Positions 1-17,929 are shown, numbered from the stretch's first letter. The stretch is DNA of 64,000 nt from the human T2T-CHM13v2.0 reference genome, Homo sapiens (GCF_009914755.1 NC_060944.1), one strand, 5' to 3'. Notes: generated by a model not told the origin, from the sequence alone. A program made the numbers and translations.

Positions 1-136
1 TTTTTTTTTGTATTTTAGTAGAGACGGGGTTTCACTGTGTTGCCCAGGCTGGTCTGAAACTCCTGAGCTCAGGCAATCCACCCACCTCGGCCTCCTAAAG
101 TGCTAGGATTACAGGCATGAGCCACTGCGCCTGGCC
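1..136 (-). mobile_element. Alu, partial (cut by window edge)
   Basis: Antisense Alu left-arm sequence ending ...gagccactgcgcctggcc. Confidence 0.95.
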
Positions 137-712
137 GTTTAGGCCTCTTTTGCTAAAACTGCATGAAAGCATGTGTCAAGAGAACTCAGAGCATGATTGC
201 CCTGGGATTTGACAGCAGGGCTGCACTTCATCATTCTGGGCAGCTCACATCTGGGAATTACTATCAGAAAAATATCTTTGTGCTGTGTCCCTTCTTTCTC
301 ACTGACATCTGCTTTGGAGGGGAGATTTGGATGGAGTAAAGTTTCTAAGCAAGTGGGAGAAGGCCTAGAAATAGAACACTTCAAAGTGCAGGCCATAGTC
401 GTTTCTCCTGATATATAATTGATTTTAGAAGATTTAAGCTTTTTCCTCTCTGGAAGCTGGCACCAGTTTTCTCCATTATAGAAAAGCTGCGGCTCTTTAA
501 AGGGATGTAGAAATTTACTTTGACTGGAAAATATCTGAGGAGAGAACAGCTAGTCTTCAAAGTAGGAAAACCATTTGTCAAACGTTCTTGTGCCTCCTAC
601 AGGGTAACACGGAGCTGTTGACAGTTTCCTCCTTTCTCCTACAGCCAAGTCAGGCAGGCATTAAAGGACAAACATGGTCTCTAAAAAGAAGGCTCAACAG
701 AAAGCTTGGGTT

Positions 713-1558
<846 letters not shown>

Positions 1559-1804
1559 GTTTTTGTTGTTTGAAGATGCCTTGGCTTGTCCTCCCTCCTA
1601 AGATTTGCTGGAATCTGACTACTTTGGGGTAGTCTTGGAGCTTCTGCTATTAAACCCTTTTCTTAAAATGTGCTAGGGCTGCCTAGTTGCTCTTCTATGT
1701 AAAGAAAAACGTCTCTGAAAGAGTGTGTTGATTTGAAAAGTATATTCATCATATTCCAGGAACAGCTTACATTTTCCCACACTTTCATCCTTAAATAAAA
1801 AGTT

Positions 1805-2095
<291 letters not shown>

Positions 2096-2639
2096 TTACA
2101 AATTAAGGCATCATACACTCATAATTGTCAATAGAATCTATCCCTGGCGAGTTATCAAAAATATGGGCTTAGCAGTAACGTCTTAATCACAAATAACTTT
2201 TCAAATGTACAAAGAAAATCTTTTTTCTCTGACTCATACAGTGAGATACAAAAATCAAATTGGTCCCTTAAGATAGGATTAGAGTTGATAAGATCATCAC
2301 CCTTAGAATTAGGAGGTAAACGTTTTAGACCTGGAACAAAGTTAGCACCTAGTCGTGCAAATAAAGAAAGGACTCTAGAGTAGAGAGAACAATCCAGGGA
2401 CTTCCTGGGTCATTTATTTATGAATTGACTTTTGACCCTTCTCATCATAGGCTGTGACCTATTCTTAAAGTTTGATCTTTTTTCAGTCCTTTTACAGCAT
2501 GGCAGTATTTCCTTAAGATCTACCAAGAATCCTAGCGAGACTTAATTCTGTTAGCCTAACAATATGAGAAATTCAGAAAGTTAAGCGTACTTACTTCCTG
2601 GACTTTTACCCCTGTTTCCTATTCTCTAGTCCCCCTCCT

Positions 2640-3420
2640 GAAATTAGTGCTGATCAGAACAGAAGTTTGAAGAAACTACCTGAGGCTGGAGAAAGTAGCA
2701 CCAGAAAAGAGCAGAAGGAACAATCCTCAGAGTACCAGCCCCAACAAGATAAAATTCACTATGTCTGACATTCAAAAAAAGTTATCAGGCCTGCAAAGAA
2801 ACAGGAAAATGTGATCCATAATGAGGAGAAAAATCAAATCAATAAAACAGATCAAGAATTATACAGAAGATAGAATTGGTAGACAGAGACATTAAAACAG
2901 TTCTTATAACTGTATTCCACATGTTCAAGAAGCTAGAGGAAAGATTGAAAATGATAAGTAGAGTCATGGAAGTTATTTTAAAAGATCTAAGTCTAACTTC
3001 TAGAGATGAAAAATATGGTATTTGATATGAAAAATACAATGGATAAGATTAACAGCAAATTAAACATTGCCAAAGGAAAGACTAAATAACTTGAAGACAT
3101 AGCTATAAAAACAATAAGAAATGAAACACATAGAGAAAAAAGACTTTAAAAAGAGCACATCAGCGAGCCTTGAGACAACATCAGGTGGCCTAATATATGT
3201 GTAATTAGAGACCCCAAAGGAGAAGGGAGGGTACAGAAAAAAAAGAAATAATGACCAAATAGTAATGAGCAGATAAAGACCCAAAATTTTTCAAATTTGA
3301 TGAAAACTATAAACCCATAGACCCAAGAAGTTCAACAAACCCTACATGGGAAGCATGAAGAAAATGACACCAAGGAACTTTATAATCAATTTGCTTAAAG
3401 CTATTGTTAAAGAAAAAAAT
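2640..3420 (+). mobile_element. Old L1 (L1M) ORF1-region fragment
   Basis: A-rich, with L1 ORF1-like motifs (aaacccatagacccaagaagttcaacaaacc, caccaaggaactttataatc); degenerate. Confidence 0.65.
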
Positions 3421-4006
3421 CTTCTTCATCTCCAGTGCCTTAGGTTAGGTCCTCTTCATTTCTTAGCTGAACTTTTACAATAATCTCCAACTAATTGCCC
3501 TGCCTCTAATATAATTCCCCACCAGTCTTTTCCTCTTCACCACTGTTAGAGAACTCTTCACTGACCATTGACTAAAATCCAGGCTCTTAGCACTGCAAGT
3601 AAAGCTTTGTTAGCATGGCATATGTGACCCTTTTCACTCTCTCCAATCTCGGCACCCTATCCTCCACATCTGTTCCCAGTCCTCTAACCACATGGTACAG
3701 TTCGTGGAAAGAGCTGTACTGCTCTGGCCTCTATGCCTTTACATATGCTATTGTCTGTCTGGAAATGTCCTTCTCTTCCTTGGTTTATTAATCTGTGGCC
3801 CCCACTAATCTCTAAGCTCCTGGAAGACGACAGACTGTCTCTTTTTCACTGCAGTGTTGGGCTGAAAAAGGAAATAGAGTGGAATTTGAGAAGGGGTGTG
3901 GAAGGCAGGAGGAGGGAAGGGAGAAAAGAACAATAGAAAAAACAAGACTGAAGAGCTTAGCCAAAGTGTTCTATTTCCACAAAGAAGGTAAATATAGAAG
4001 AGAGAA

Positions 4007-4313
4007 GGCCGGGCATGGTGGCTCATGCCTGTAATCCCAGCACTTTGGGAGGCCGAGGCAGGAGGATCACGAGGTCAAGAGATTGAGACCATGCTGGCCA
4101 ACACGGTAAAACCCCGTCTCTATTAAACAATACAAAAATTAGCTGGGCATGGTGGCATGTGCCTGTAGTCCCAGCCACTTGGGAAGCTGAGGCAGGAGAA
4201 TCACTTGAACCTGGGTGGCAGAGGTCAGAGGTTGCAGTGAGCCCAGATTGCGCCACTGCACTTCAGCCTGGCGACAGAGCGAGACTCCGTTTAAAAAAAA
4301 AAAAAAAAAAAAA
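4007..4313 (+). mobile_element. AluS
   Basis: Full Alu with poly-A tail. Confidence 0.93.
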
Positions 4314-5744
4314 GACAGAGAGAAAAGATGGGCAAAGAGGTGTAACGAAGAGGTCTAGTAGAAGGGTGGGGCTTGAACACAGGGAGTGACTCCTCTTTTA
4401 GTGAGTTGAAAGAAAGAAGTGGAGGAGATAGAGCTTAAGGGAATTTACTACTGGCAGTTTCGTTTCCTTCCTAAAGTAGGAGACAAGGTCATGTGCTGCA
4501 AAGAAGGCTTGAGGAGAATGGAAAAGGCTGTGACATAGAATAACCACTCACATTCAAAACAGTGTACTGTGATCCGCTGAAGACTTCAAATCAGAGCTGA
4601 AAACCAGGACAAAATATATCCTGTCCTCCTCCTAAACATACCCTACAATATCTCCTACTGGCTCTTCCTTCCCTTTTATAAAAAACCATCTGCCTAGACT
4701 CTCTAGACAGATCACTGCCTTTGATTCTGAGTATGGGGTTTTCTCTGGAGGGGAACCGGAAAATGTAGCAAAACAAGAGTAAAGGAGGAGGGCAAAATAT
4801 GAAGAGTGCTCAAGAGTAGGTTATACACATTTTAGAAGTACAGCGAAGATCATTAAAATAGCCCAAAATCTGGTTTGAACCTAAAGGTTTCTAACAGGTA
4901 CAGGGAATCAGATGTATTCTAATGTGTCAGTTGACAAATTTCTTGGCAATTTACCTTCAGAACAGTGGGAGAGATCTACAGCTAACATATTCAGTCATTC
5001 TTGGAGGGTAGAGGGATCTCTCTGCAGGGGTATTATTTTAAAATCAAAGCAAAATATCTAACAGAATAACAAGTATCTGTAATGAAAAAATCTCCATTTC
5101 AAAGCGTTGCTTGAAATGAAAGAGACATTTTATTAGATTATTTATCAGAGAGTGGTCTGAGGAACAACTGCATGATGGGGTTGAGGGTGAGGCCCAGGGG
5201 TTGGGTCTGGACAAAAATAGAGATTATTAACATTGCAGTTTCTTGAATCCCATGTCAGATTTACTAATTTAGAATCTCCAAATGGCAGGGTGGGGTACGG
5301 GAGAAGCCTAGAAATCTAAATATTTTACAGATGTTCCAAGTAATTTTTAAACATTTTATTATGGAAAATTTTAGTCTCACACAGAAGTAGAGAGAATAGT
5401 ACAATTAAGCCCATTCACCTACCACACAACAGGGGGCCGAGTTAGGAGTTGGTAAGCAAAGTATTGATAACCTGTGCCCAAGCGAACAAAGTAAGTGGTC
5501 ACCTATACAATCTGCTACTCCAATTTGCCTTATATAGTTGCTCCAAAAGTAAATTGCCTCTCTAAAAGAGAAAATGTAGTTATAACTACACATTCTTTTA
5601 TGATGTAAATATATCCTGTCTTTCTATCTATATTCTATAAAATGCAAACGTAGCAAAAATTCTTTGGGAAGGTGAGGAGCTGAATGATTCTGAATAGCAG
5701 GTCTGCATCAATTTCCTAATTAATGGCCACATTTAAAACATTTA

Positions 5745-5868
5745 AAAATTTTTTTAATTTTAGAGGCGGGGTCTTGCCCAGGCTGGTCCCAAACTCCTGG
5801 GCTCAAGCAATCCTCCTGCCTCAGCTTCCCTAGTAGCTAGGACTACAAGTGCAACTATGCCCAGCAGT
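5745..5868 (-). mobile_element. Alu monomer (FLAM/AluJ-like)
   Basis: Antisense Alu monomer flanked by taatggccacattt direct repeat. Confidence 0.8.
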
Positions 5869-6322
5869 TAATGGCCACATTTAATTTAATAAATATTATT
5901 GAGCACTTACTGTGGCCAGCTTATGATGCAAGATCTAAGCTGCTATTACAGAGAGACCAAAAAAAAACAAAAAACAAAAAAAACCAGTGACTTAAACAAG
6001 ATAAATGTGTATTTCTTCCTTACACAACAACATGAAGGATTGGCATTCCAGCAAGGAAAATGGATATTGAGGGATGGTTAGCAATCTCTGCTGTACCAAC
6101 TTTGTACAAGACCTTGTGGTGAGCCCAGAGCTTATGGACCCTGGAGCGTGTACAAATTTGGAGGCCCTCTTTAAGTAAGAGAATATAGAATTATAGATAC
6201 AAAATTAAGTACAGAAAACTGAGCAAGCAAAGGTCTTTAAAGCTAAATTAGCTTTACAGTAAATCTAGCTCTGAGTGGGTTTCTGCCATCCAGTCAGGAT
6301 TTGCCTGAAAAAGACAATTAGA

Positions 6323-7200
<878 letters not shown>

Positions 7201-7334
7201 AAAAGACAGAGATCTATATAAGCTAGTGTTTTGTCATACTATAATTGACTGAAGTGCCTGAAATAAGTGCCGTGTGCAGTGACAGTCCTGGGTAGTAAAA
7301 GAATTTACTAAGACAGAAATAAAATAACAGAAGC

Positions 7335-7689
<355 letters not shown>

Positions 7690-7714
7690 TTATAGCAGCA
7701 ACAGGCAGTAGTGA

Positions 7715-8059
<345 letters not shown>

Positions 8060-8703
8060 AAGAGGGTTTTATAGGACAGTGTTGGAGAGATCTATGTACA
8101 AGTGAGCTTGTGCTGTATACTAAGAATACGTGGCAGTAATTTTTCACTGCCAGGCCTTTCCTCTTCAGGTGCCCAAGGGAAACACTCTGCTGTTCTTAGC
8201 CATCTTGCAACCAGCATGCCTTTCATTTCTGGAGTTGCAAGATAGTGGCTGCGGTTTTTCCACACCCTTTAAAGGAATTACAAACCAGGTTAAGTCCCTA
8301 TTCCACCAGCCTGGTTCCTTCCTGGTTCCATTAACTTATTGATTTATTACGGCCCCACAGTGAGTTCAAAATATTTTGCTATACTAAGAGTTATGGATAG
8401 TCACAAAAGCTTGAGAAAAAGGAGAAAGGATGTTTGTTGGAGTTACCCGTAAAGGCATCATGAAGAAGCTATAGTCAGACACTTAAAGGATGGGTAGGAC
8501 TTGAAAAGGCGGAATGTAGGGAAGAGGCTGATGAGGAATCCACATATGCAAAGTTCTGAAAGCAAGAATGAGCAGACCACTTGGGAGATGGGAGGACATC
8601 TGGACTGGAACTAGACTAAATGTTGAAAACAATGAAAGATTCGGCAGAGACAAATGATGAAATGTTCTGCCAGAGTGAAGCATTTGGGTTTGATCAGATA
8701 GAT

Positions 8704-8885
8704 CAGGGGTTGGTAAACTACATCAGCAAGCAGGCCAAATCTGGCCCACCCCGTTTTTTCGTAAATAAAGTATTACTGGACAGTCGTGCCCACTTGTTTA
8801 CAAACCTTTGTGGCTGCTTTTGGACAAGTAGAGTTGAGTAGCTGTCACAGAGACCTTATAACTCACAAAGCCTTTATAGAAAATT
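8704..8885 (+). mobile_element. MER58-like hAT DNA transposon remnant
   Basis: caggggttggtaaactac...ggccaaatctggcccacc...gtaaataaagtattactgga resembles the MER58 consensus. Confidence 0.65.
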
Positions 8886-9030
8886 TGATCAAACAACAAG
8901 ACAATATAAAATCCTCTAATAAGGAAGAGAACTGAAGTTTTATTGGAGACCATTTTTCAAAATCTGATATATTTACAACTTCCTAAAGCTCCAAAGCAGG
9001 TTTAGAAAACTTCAATCGAAATATTTTCTG

Positions 9031-9325
9031 GGCCGTGCGCGGTGGCTCACATCTGTAATCCCAGCACTCTAGGAGGCCGAGGCGGGCGGATCAGAAGGTC
9101 AGGAGTTCAAGACCAGCCTGGCCAACATGGTGAAATCCCATCTCTACTACAAATACAAAAATTTGCTGGGTATGGTGACACATGCCTGTAATCCGCGCTA
9201 CCTGGGAGGCTGACGCAGGAGAATCATTTGAATCCAGGAGGCAGAGGTTGCAGTGAGCCAAGACTGCGCCACTGCATTCCAGCCTGGCGATGGAGCGAGA
9301 CTCTGTCTCAAAAAAAAAAAAAAAA
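9031..9325 (+). mobile_element. AluS
   Basis: Full Alu, TSD-like gaaataxttt. Confidence 0.93.
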
Positions 9326-9817
9326 GAAATACTTTCCTAGTTTGCAGAGACTGTGCCTTAAGGCATAATTTAGGTTGAAATGAATCTCATTGTTGCGCTT
9401 CAGCAGTTTTGCATCATTATTTGTTTTTCTCTGGTGTGCCTTTGTTTCCTAATATTTCACAAACCAGTTGGGCCAATTATCTTCCACACAATTAAAACAG
9501 TTTGTGCCATCCAGCTGTTTCTCCTTAATCTTGGGCACTTTACATGATGCTGTTTGCCCTCCTCACTAAAGCTCTCTCATTCTATGGTGGGGGCACTTTC
9601 AAATTAACATTCCCGGCAAACTTTTTGCAGGGTTTAAATTTTTCTGAGCAATATCTTCTCCCCTATATTGACAGTCCATGAGCACCCTCAGGTTCAATAA
9701 AGTGTTCCTTATACTCATTTTTTATTTCACACATGAACACTCAGCAGAAGAAACAGGTAAGATTATTATACCTAGGAGAGTTGTACCTAGGGGAAAAAAT
9801 GTAACATTTAAGATGAT

Positions 9818-10179
9818 TGTCACATTTAAGAGGGTGTCTAGATTCTTGGCATCTTGAATAAAGAATTGGACAAAATGCACAAACAAAGCAAGGAAGGAAT
9901 GAAGGGATTTATTGAAAATGAAAGTACACACTCCACAGTGTGGGAGCAGGTACGAGCGTAGGGGCTCAAGGGCCCCATTACAGAATTTTGGGGAGTTTAA
10001 ATACCCTCTAGAGGATTCTATTGGTTACTTCAGGTATGCCCTATGCAAATAGAGAGGATGAAGTAAAGATACAAAGCTATTTACTTGGCCTATGCCCTAT
10101 GGAGAGGATATTTCCTGTCCTAGCTGAAGTGGGAATTGGCCTTATGTTCCCTGCCTCTAGACCCTATTTTCCTGCCTCA
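9818..10179 (-). mobile_element. ERV1 solo LTR, MER51/MER61-class
   Basis: Reverse strand starts TGAGGCAGGAAAATAGGGTCT, contains AATAAA, ends ..ACA; atgat direct repeat flanks (9813-9817 / 10180-10184). Confidence 0.8.
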
Positions 10180-10203
10180 ATGATTACAAAATGTTCCCCC
10201 TAA

Positions 10204-10581
<378 letters not shown>

Positions 10582-11076
10582 TAAAAAATTATTCATGGAA
10601 CCAGGACTCCTTAGAGAAATGGTTAACTCAATGAACTGATTGAACATCCCAAATCCAAAAGCCAAAATGCTCCAGTGAGCTTTTCCTTTGAGCTTCATGT
10701 CAGCACTTACAAAGCATCAGCTTTTGGAACATTTCAGATTTTCAGATTAGTGATTCTCAACTTGTATCAATCACTTGATCTTCCTCGTCCTTTGGTAAAC
10801 AAGCCAAAGGTCCCATATAGGATGTCTCTGAATTTCGCCGAAAAACTGGGTTGCCAATGTTGATGGAAATGTGAAAAGTGAATGGGACTTTCCAACATAT
10901 AGAAGTATATAATAGCCTGATATATTGGAAAGAGCACTGGGAAAGACATCAAAAGACACCCAACTATACTTCACAGTTCTGCCACTAACTAATCACTTAA
11001 TTGCTTTAGGCTAAATTTGTTTTGGTTTTTTAAAAATATGTAAAATAAAAGTTATATACTGTATTATCTCCAAGAA

Positions 11077-11370
11077 CTTTTTTTTTTTTTTTTAAACAAA
11101 GTCTGTCTCTGTCACCCAGGCTGGAGTGCAGTGGCATGATCATGGCTCACTGCAGCTTTGACTTACTGGGCTCAAGCAATTCTCCCCACCTCAGCCTCCA
11201 GACTAGCTGGGACCACAAGCATGTGCCACCACGTCTGGCTAATTTATTTATTAATTGTAGAGGCAGGTCTCATTATGTTGCCCAGGCTGGTCTCAAAGTC
11301 ATGGCCTCAAGTAATTCTCCCACTTTGGCCTCCCAAAGTGCTCAAATTATAGGTGTGAGCCACTGAGCCC
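11077..11370 (-). mobile_element. AluJ
   Basis: Diverged antisense Alu dimer. Confidence 0.88.
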
Positions 11371-12156
11371 TACCAGAGCTCTTCTAATAATAAAGTTCTG
11401 TGAAGTAGAAATGAAGATAAAATTGGAAATGTTTTGCCTAGCCAAAGTCCCTATGCCCAACATGGTCATATGTGCTCAAGGATAGACAATAAAAAGTATT
11501 TAGAGTGCTTATCTATCTTATTTATCCATAGAGAGTGAACAAAGCCTCCCTGGCTTAGGAATATCTCCTCTGGTGTCTGGAGAGCTCCTGGAGCTATGAA
11601 GGAAATGGCACCAGGAGCTCCAGAAGACTCAGGAAAGCTTTCAAATCCAATGGGATGACTATACAGGTCAGTAAAAGAAAAAGTACAGAGGAAAGAAAAT
11701 CCTTTTGTGTGTATCACATTCTGTGCTAATTACTTTATATAACTATCTCATTTACTCTTTGCTTATGATGTAGGTTTACTGTTCCCATTTTAAAAACACT
11801 TTTTGCATCAATGAGAAACTGAGGCTCTCAGAGTTTAAATGATTTGGAAGTCTGTGCACTGTCCATATTCCATTCCATCTCTGTCCAGAGAGTCAAATTC
11901 TTTCATGAAATATTTCTACCCCTTCTGCAGAACCTTCTCTGACCATTCTGGCCCACAATGACTTCTTCTTCTGAGCTTCTCTAGTGCTTATTACCTGTAC
12001 CACCAATTTCACAGCTGTAACTCTTTGGAACGTTGCTTATATTTGATTTATATATCAATCAGTAAGCATTTATTGAACAACCACCATAGACCCCCTAGGC
12101 AGTGGGGATACACAGGTGAATAAGACACAGCCCTTGAACTCAGGAGTTAAAATCTA

Positions 12157-12503
<347 letters not shown>

Positions 12504-13228
12504 AGTTTATAAACACCCCAATCCATTCTAAGAGTAAATCACTTTCTCTACTTCTCTCTCCCCTAGTTTGGAACACTTACATTTCAGCTCTCATTATCAT
12601 ACCAATAAGCCTGAAAGTAGCAAAACCAAGCCTTCAGGGAAAAGGAAAAGGAGAATTTTAACTAATGAACTACTGCAGCAAATACCCTATAAGCCCCAAG
12701 GACAAAACACAGCAGAGGTAACAACTGTGTTGTTACCTTAAGTTGACTTAAAACTTAAATTCTCCTAAGGGACAGTGCTTTTCCCAGGCAAAGCAGGCAG
12801 ACGGGTTTCCGCCAAAGTCTCAGCCCTGTGGCAATATACAATGGCGGGTGGGGCCAGGCATGGTCGGGGGACAGAGGCAGGAAGAGGATTACTTGAGGCC
12901 AGAAGTTCAAAGACCAGTCTGGGCAACAAAATGAGACCCCATCTCTACTAAAAAAATGAAGAGAAAAAGAAAATAATGGCTGGTGGCACACTGTTGTCTT
13001 AACCCACTCCATGGAGGGAATCAGTGAGGAAGAGTCTCACTTTCTGGTAACTAGGGATGGCTTTAGGAATAAAACTATCTATTCCAGCCCTTATTCTAAC
13101 CAGCTATCCTACTAACAACACATTCCTAAGCTAGTCTTCCAATGCAATGATAACTTTCTAAAAGATAATGAAAGCCCATAGATAAAAGTTATATGAACAA
13201 AGCCCGGTATATAGAAAAGATAGTGCTC

Positions 13229-13613
<385 letters not shown>

Positions 13614-14189
13614 TCAGTTTCATGTCCTTTGATACTGAATCAATTCAATTTGATTTAATGAACAACTTCAACATGCAAAGCAATATGTACTTAAGAGAAT
13701 AAACGTGAAGAAGAGACGATTCCTGCTTCAAAAGTTGATAGTCACGTAAATTATTATCCATAATATAGATCTGGAAATGTCATGTTCTTGTGACAACTAC
13801 TTATGCTCTTAAGAGCCGTATATAAAAGCCATGTATATATGTGGCTGAGCTTATTCCACCCCATACTGTAAGATTAAAATCATTGCCATCTTCAAGGTTC
13901 TGGGCTGGGCTATGTTAACAAGGAGTTCTGGTCGTGCCTACTGAGAGACTTGTCCCAGAAATGAACATTGCAAGCATTCTTGAAGTCAAAGAATCACTTG
14001 GTCTTATCATTACAACCTAGGATTTGAGGAAGAGAAACACCAATCCCTGTGACTATCTACAGTATCCACCCCACGTCCTTTCTAGAGTTGCCCGAGTAAT
14101 ATATTCTTCAACCCAAGCCTCATCCTGTCTACTAAGCAAGAGGTAAGGCAGGTAAACAGATTTCCTCTAAAATGTAGAGGGTAGAATTA

Positions 14190-14380
14190 AGGGAAGTGAA
14201 ATTCATTGAGCATCTACCATGTACTATACATATCGTAGCTTGTTTAAAGCTCACATTAGCACTGTAGAGTAAGTCTCATTGCCCGCATTTTACATCTTAG
14301 GAAAGTGAGGCCAAAAGAGGTTAAATAACTTGTCTGAGGTCACGGCTAGTAAGTGGCAAAGCCATGATTCAGGCTTGGAG
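14190..14380 (+). mobile_element. MIR remnant
   Basis: cattttacatcttaggaaagtgaggcc...aggttaaataacttgtctgaggtcacggctagtaagtggc is MIR-core-like. Confidence 0.7.
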
Positions 14381-14842
14381 ATTGGTAGCAGATGGAGTTC
14401 TAGTTCAGAAAATTTTTTGGATGCTGGCTCTACCAGAGCTTTAACACGGCTAAAAGACATTTCAGATTATCAAAGTGCTCCAAAGCCATGGGCAGGAGGC
14501 CCCCACACAGCAAGCTCTACTCCAGGGAACTTCAGACTCTGCCTGAAATTCAGTTGCACCAAATGCCTTTAGTCTCCACAATTTAATTTTTGCACCGTAA
14601 TTTCAGGCTGCTCCTGATTAGAAATGTGATAGCTCAGGTGCCATAAGCAAAAGAACTCACACCAAGGAAACCCTTGCTGAGTTGTCAGCACCCTGGGTGG
14701 TAGGAGTCCTGAGAGACAGAAGGTCATGGAGCAGGAAAATATAGAGTCCTCTTAGACATGAAAGCACTGAAGATCTGGGAAGCCAGGCAGAGTGGTCAGA
14801 GGGATCGCCCCACAGCTGGAAGTCATTAATAGTCCGGGGTTG

Positions 14843-14955
14843 CATAAAAAGCAATGTGAAGGGAGTGAACAGCTTTGGTCAGGCTACCAAAGTCGCTGGT
14901 AGCCTGGACCCTGAGTTCACCGATCCTTCCTACTCAGTAATATCTACAGGTAAGT
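14843..14955 (+). promoter_or_regulatory. ASIP: Candidate TATA-like promoter plus short non-coding first exon (~14875-14949), likely a far-upstream ASIP first exon
   Basis: CATAAAAA at 14843-14850, ~30 nt before the candidate start; consensus donor CAG|GTAAGT at 14949/14950; unique non-repeat DNA. ASIP assignment comes from recalled locus context. Confidence 0.45.
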
Positions 14956-15184
14956 CCAAAGGGAAATTGCTTTGGGAATCTGACAATTTAACTCTGCTCT
15001 GCTGATACAAGGATGTCATCACCAAAGCTGGAAAGAAAATGGGCCACTGATGGTGACATGATTTAATAATGAGGCCAGTTCTCATTTTTCTATTGGGAGC
15101 TTGGTAAGAATTCTCTAGACAGTAGACAATCCACAATTCACTTATATTTGACTTTGGAATTTGGGGTAGCTTTGGCAGCAGTAG

Positions 15185-15443
<259 letters not shown>

Positions 15444-15938
15444 AAGCAGTAGGATTTAACTTCCTGATTATGTTTAACTTGGGTTGAAAACTGAAATAAT
15501 TAGTAGTCTTTGGGAATGCCCTGATTGATCAATGAGGCACAAAGGAGAACCAATCAATCAGTCACTTAGAACTTGCCATCAGTGATCCACAAAGGGGTGT
15601 GAGAGTCATAAATAAATAATTCTGGTGGTAGTCCTAAATTGGTTCTTTTTTTTGTATTTGGTCATAGCACTAAACTAGGCTGGGAAGAAAGATTCTCGGG
15701 GCAGAATTCTGAAATCTTTGCCTTAGCTGTGTAACTGTTCAGAGAGGAATTTCTTTTCAACTTGTCTTTTCCTTTGGCCTCTAAAGTTCTTCTCAGAGAA
15801 AAAATCAATCCCCTGCTCCAGGCTAGGGCCAAGTGTGTAAGGTTTGTCAGTTTAATCTCTGTCCACAAGCCTAATCACTTTAAGCTGGCCTGTCCTGGGG
15901 CTGAGAATCTACTGACGGTGTTTTCGTCTTTCTCTTAG

Positions 15939-16099
15939 GAGGATCGTGAATTTCCTAAACTGTCTTTGAGAGACTCAGATATTTTATTTTATAAATGGCA
16001 GTGACAGATGTTATGTATCCATTGCTAATGTTATCTGTACAAAATCAAGAAGATATATTACAGTGGATACAAACCTAGAGTGCCTTTTGGATATGGCAG
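15939..16099 (+). other. Candidate internal non-coding (leader) exon, 161 nt
   Basis: Branch point TACTGAC (15910-15916), pyrimidine tract, AG at 15937-15938; donor CAG|GTGAGG at 16099/16100. Confidence 0.4.
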
Positions 16100-17632
16100 G
16101 TGAGGAGTGTTCCTTGATGGTTTGTTTTCAGTTCAGTGCAAGACACTCCTGAAGCACATCACTTACTATAAATGACCTTTAAGAGGAAAAGATACTTTGG
16201 AGTTACTCTATCACTTGAAAATGGGGCAGGACCATTACAAGAGTAAATATAGTTATTTATGAAAAGCCAGATCTCCAAGTCCAAAAGGAGAGAAATAACT
16301 ATTATTCATATAGTTCAGTCCTTAGAACCAATTCTCCTCTGCTGTGTATGGCATTTCCACATCTTGTTTAGACTTCAGGCTGAGCCTGTAATTGTTTGGC
16401 TGTGGGAAATGAGGGAGTGTATTTCAGAAAACCCATCTTCCCCTCGCACTTCCAGGGTCCTATTCAGATCGACTTGTTCTGCTACCATTTTACCCATACC
16501 CAGCATCCCGATATTTATTGAGCATATTTATGTGTGCCATTCTATCCTAGTTCCCAAAGGGGATACAAAAACGAAATTATACGCAAGATGGTAGAGCATT
16601 TACACAAAATCGTAAAGGAGGTGAAGTTGGCCAGTTTAGTTTTTTCAGTTTACTTGGGGAACTCATTAGCCTGCTTTCAGCCCTTTTGTCTCCGAAAGCT
16701 TAGAACATGTACTGCTGGTGGTATGTGAGATGGTTTAAGTTAAACAGAAGATGACTTTAGGCGGTAGATGGACAAGCATAAGATTATCACATCATGGAAA
16801 AGTAATTTCCTTTTTAATTTGCTTTCAAGCCTGGATTCATCTAGAAGAAAGTCTCAGTGGGGGTTGATGTGTCATTAACATATTCCAAAACTTATTCCCT
16901 TTTAACATATTCCTTTTTAATCAAGAAAATAGACCTCAGAACTGGAGTGCTCTCCTGGTAACAGTAGTTATTTAGAATTTATTGACATTGTATTATTAAT
17001 TTTTTCTAGGATTATATTCTGTTTATGAAAAATGACAGTAACATGCTATAAATTTTCCAATTTACACGAATGTATTTAAGCTTTGAAAAAGTTATTAGTT
17101 GATTTAAAGAAAAATATTGAGTAAATAATAATATAGCTGGGTTGGAGATATGGTTGAAATCCTGACATTGCTATTCAAATGACTGAAGTTTGGGAGACAC
17201 TTCTTTCCCCCACCCGGAGCCCAAACAAAATTACTATTTGTGACCCATTCCTGCCCTCTGCTTTACCTAAACCAATTCAGGATCATGATAATGACCAATA
17301 ATATAATAAGAACCATACTTCTCCCTATAAGCATTATGATAGGGCTCTGAGATCTTTAACCTAAAGAGTCATTTTAATGGTAGAAATTTCTAAAAAGACA
17401 GGATAATATATTTGTAGTAGATGAAACTGTCACAATAATGACACTATCGAGTGCTGTCATTTAGACTTTTTGAGTATTCTCTAATTCTCACAACGACCGT
17501 GAGGCATTTTTCAGATGAGAAAACTGAGGTTCAGGGAGGTTAAACAAAACCTCAAGCAATAAGGAGCAGAGCCACGGTCTGGTGCCTAGAACTTCTGGCC
17601 ATGTGGGTAGCTTAACTGCTCCCCCTAAGGTT

Positions 17633-17929
<297 letters not shown>

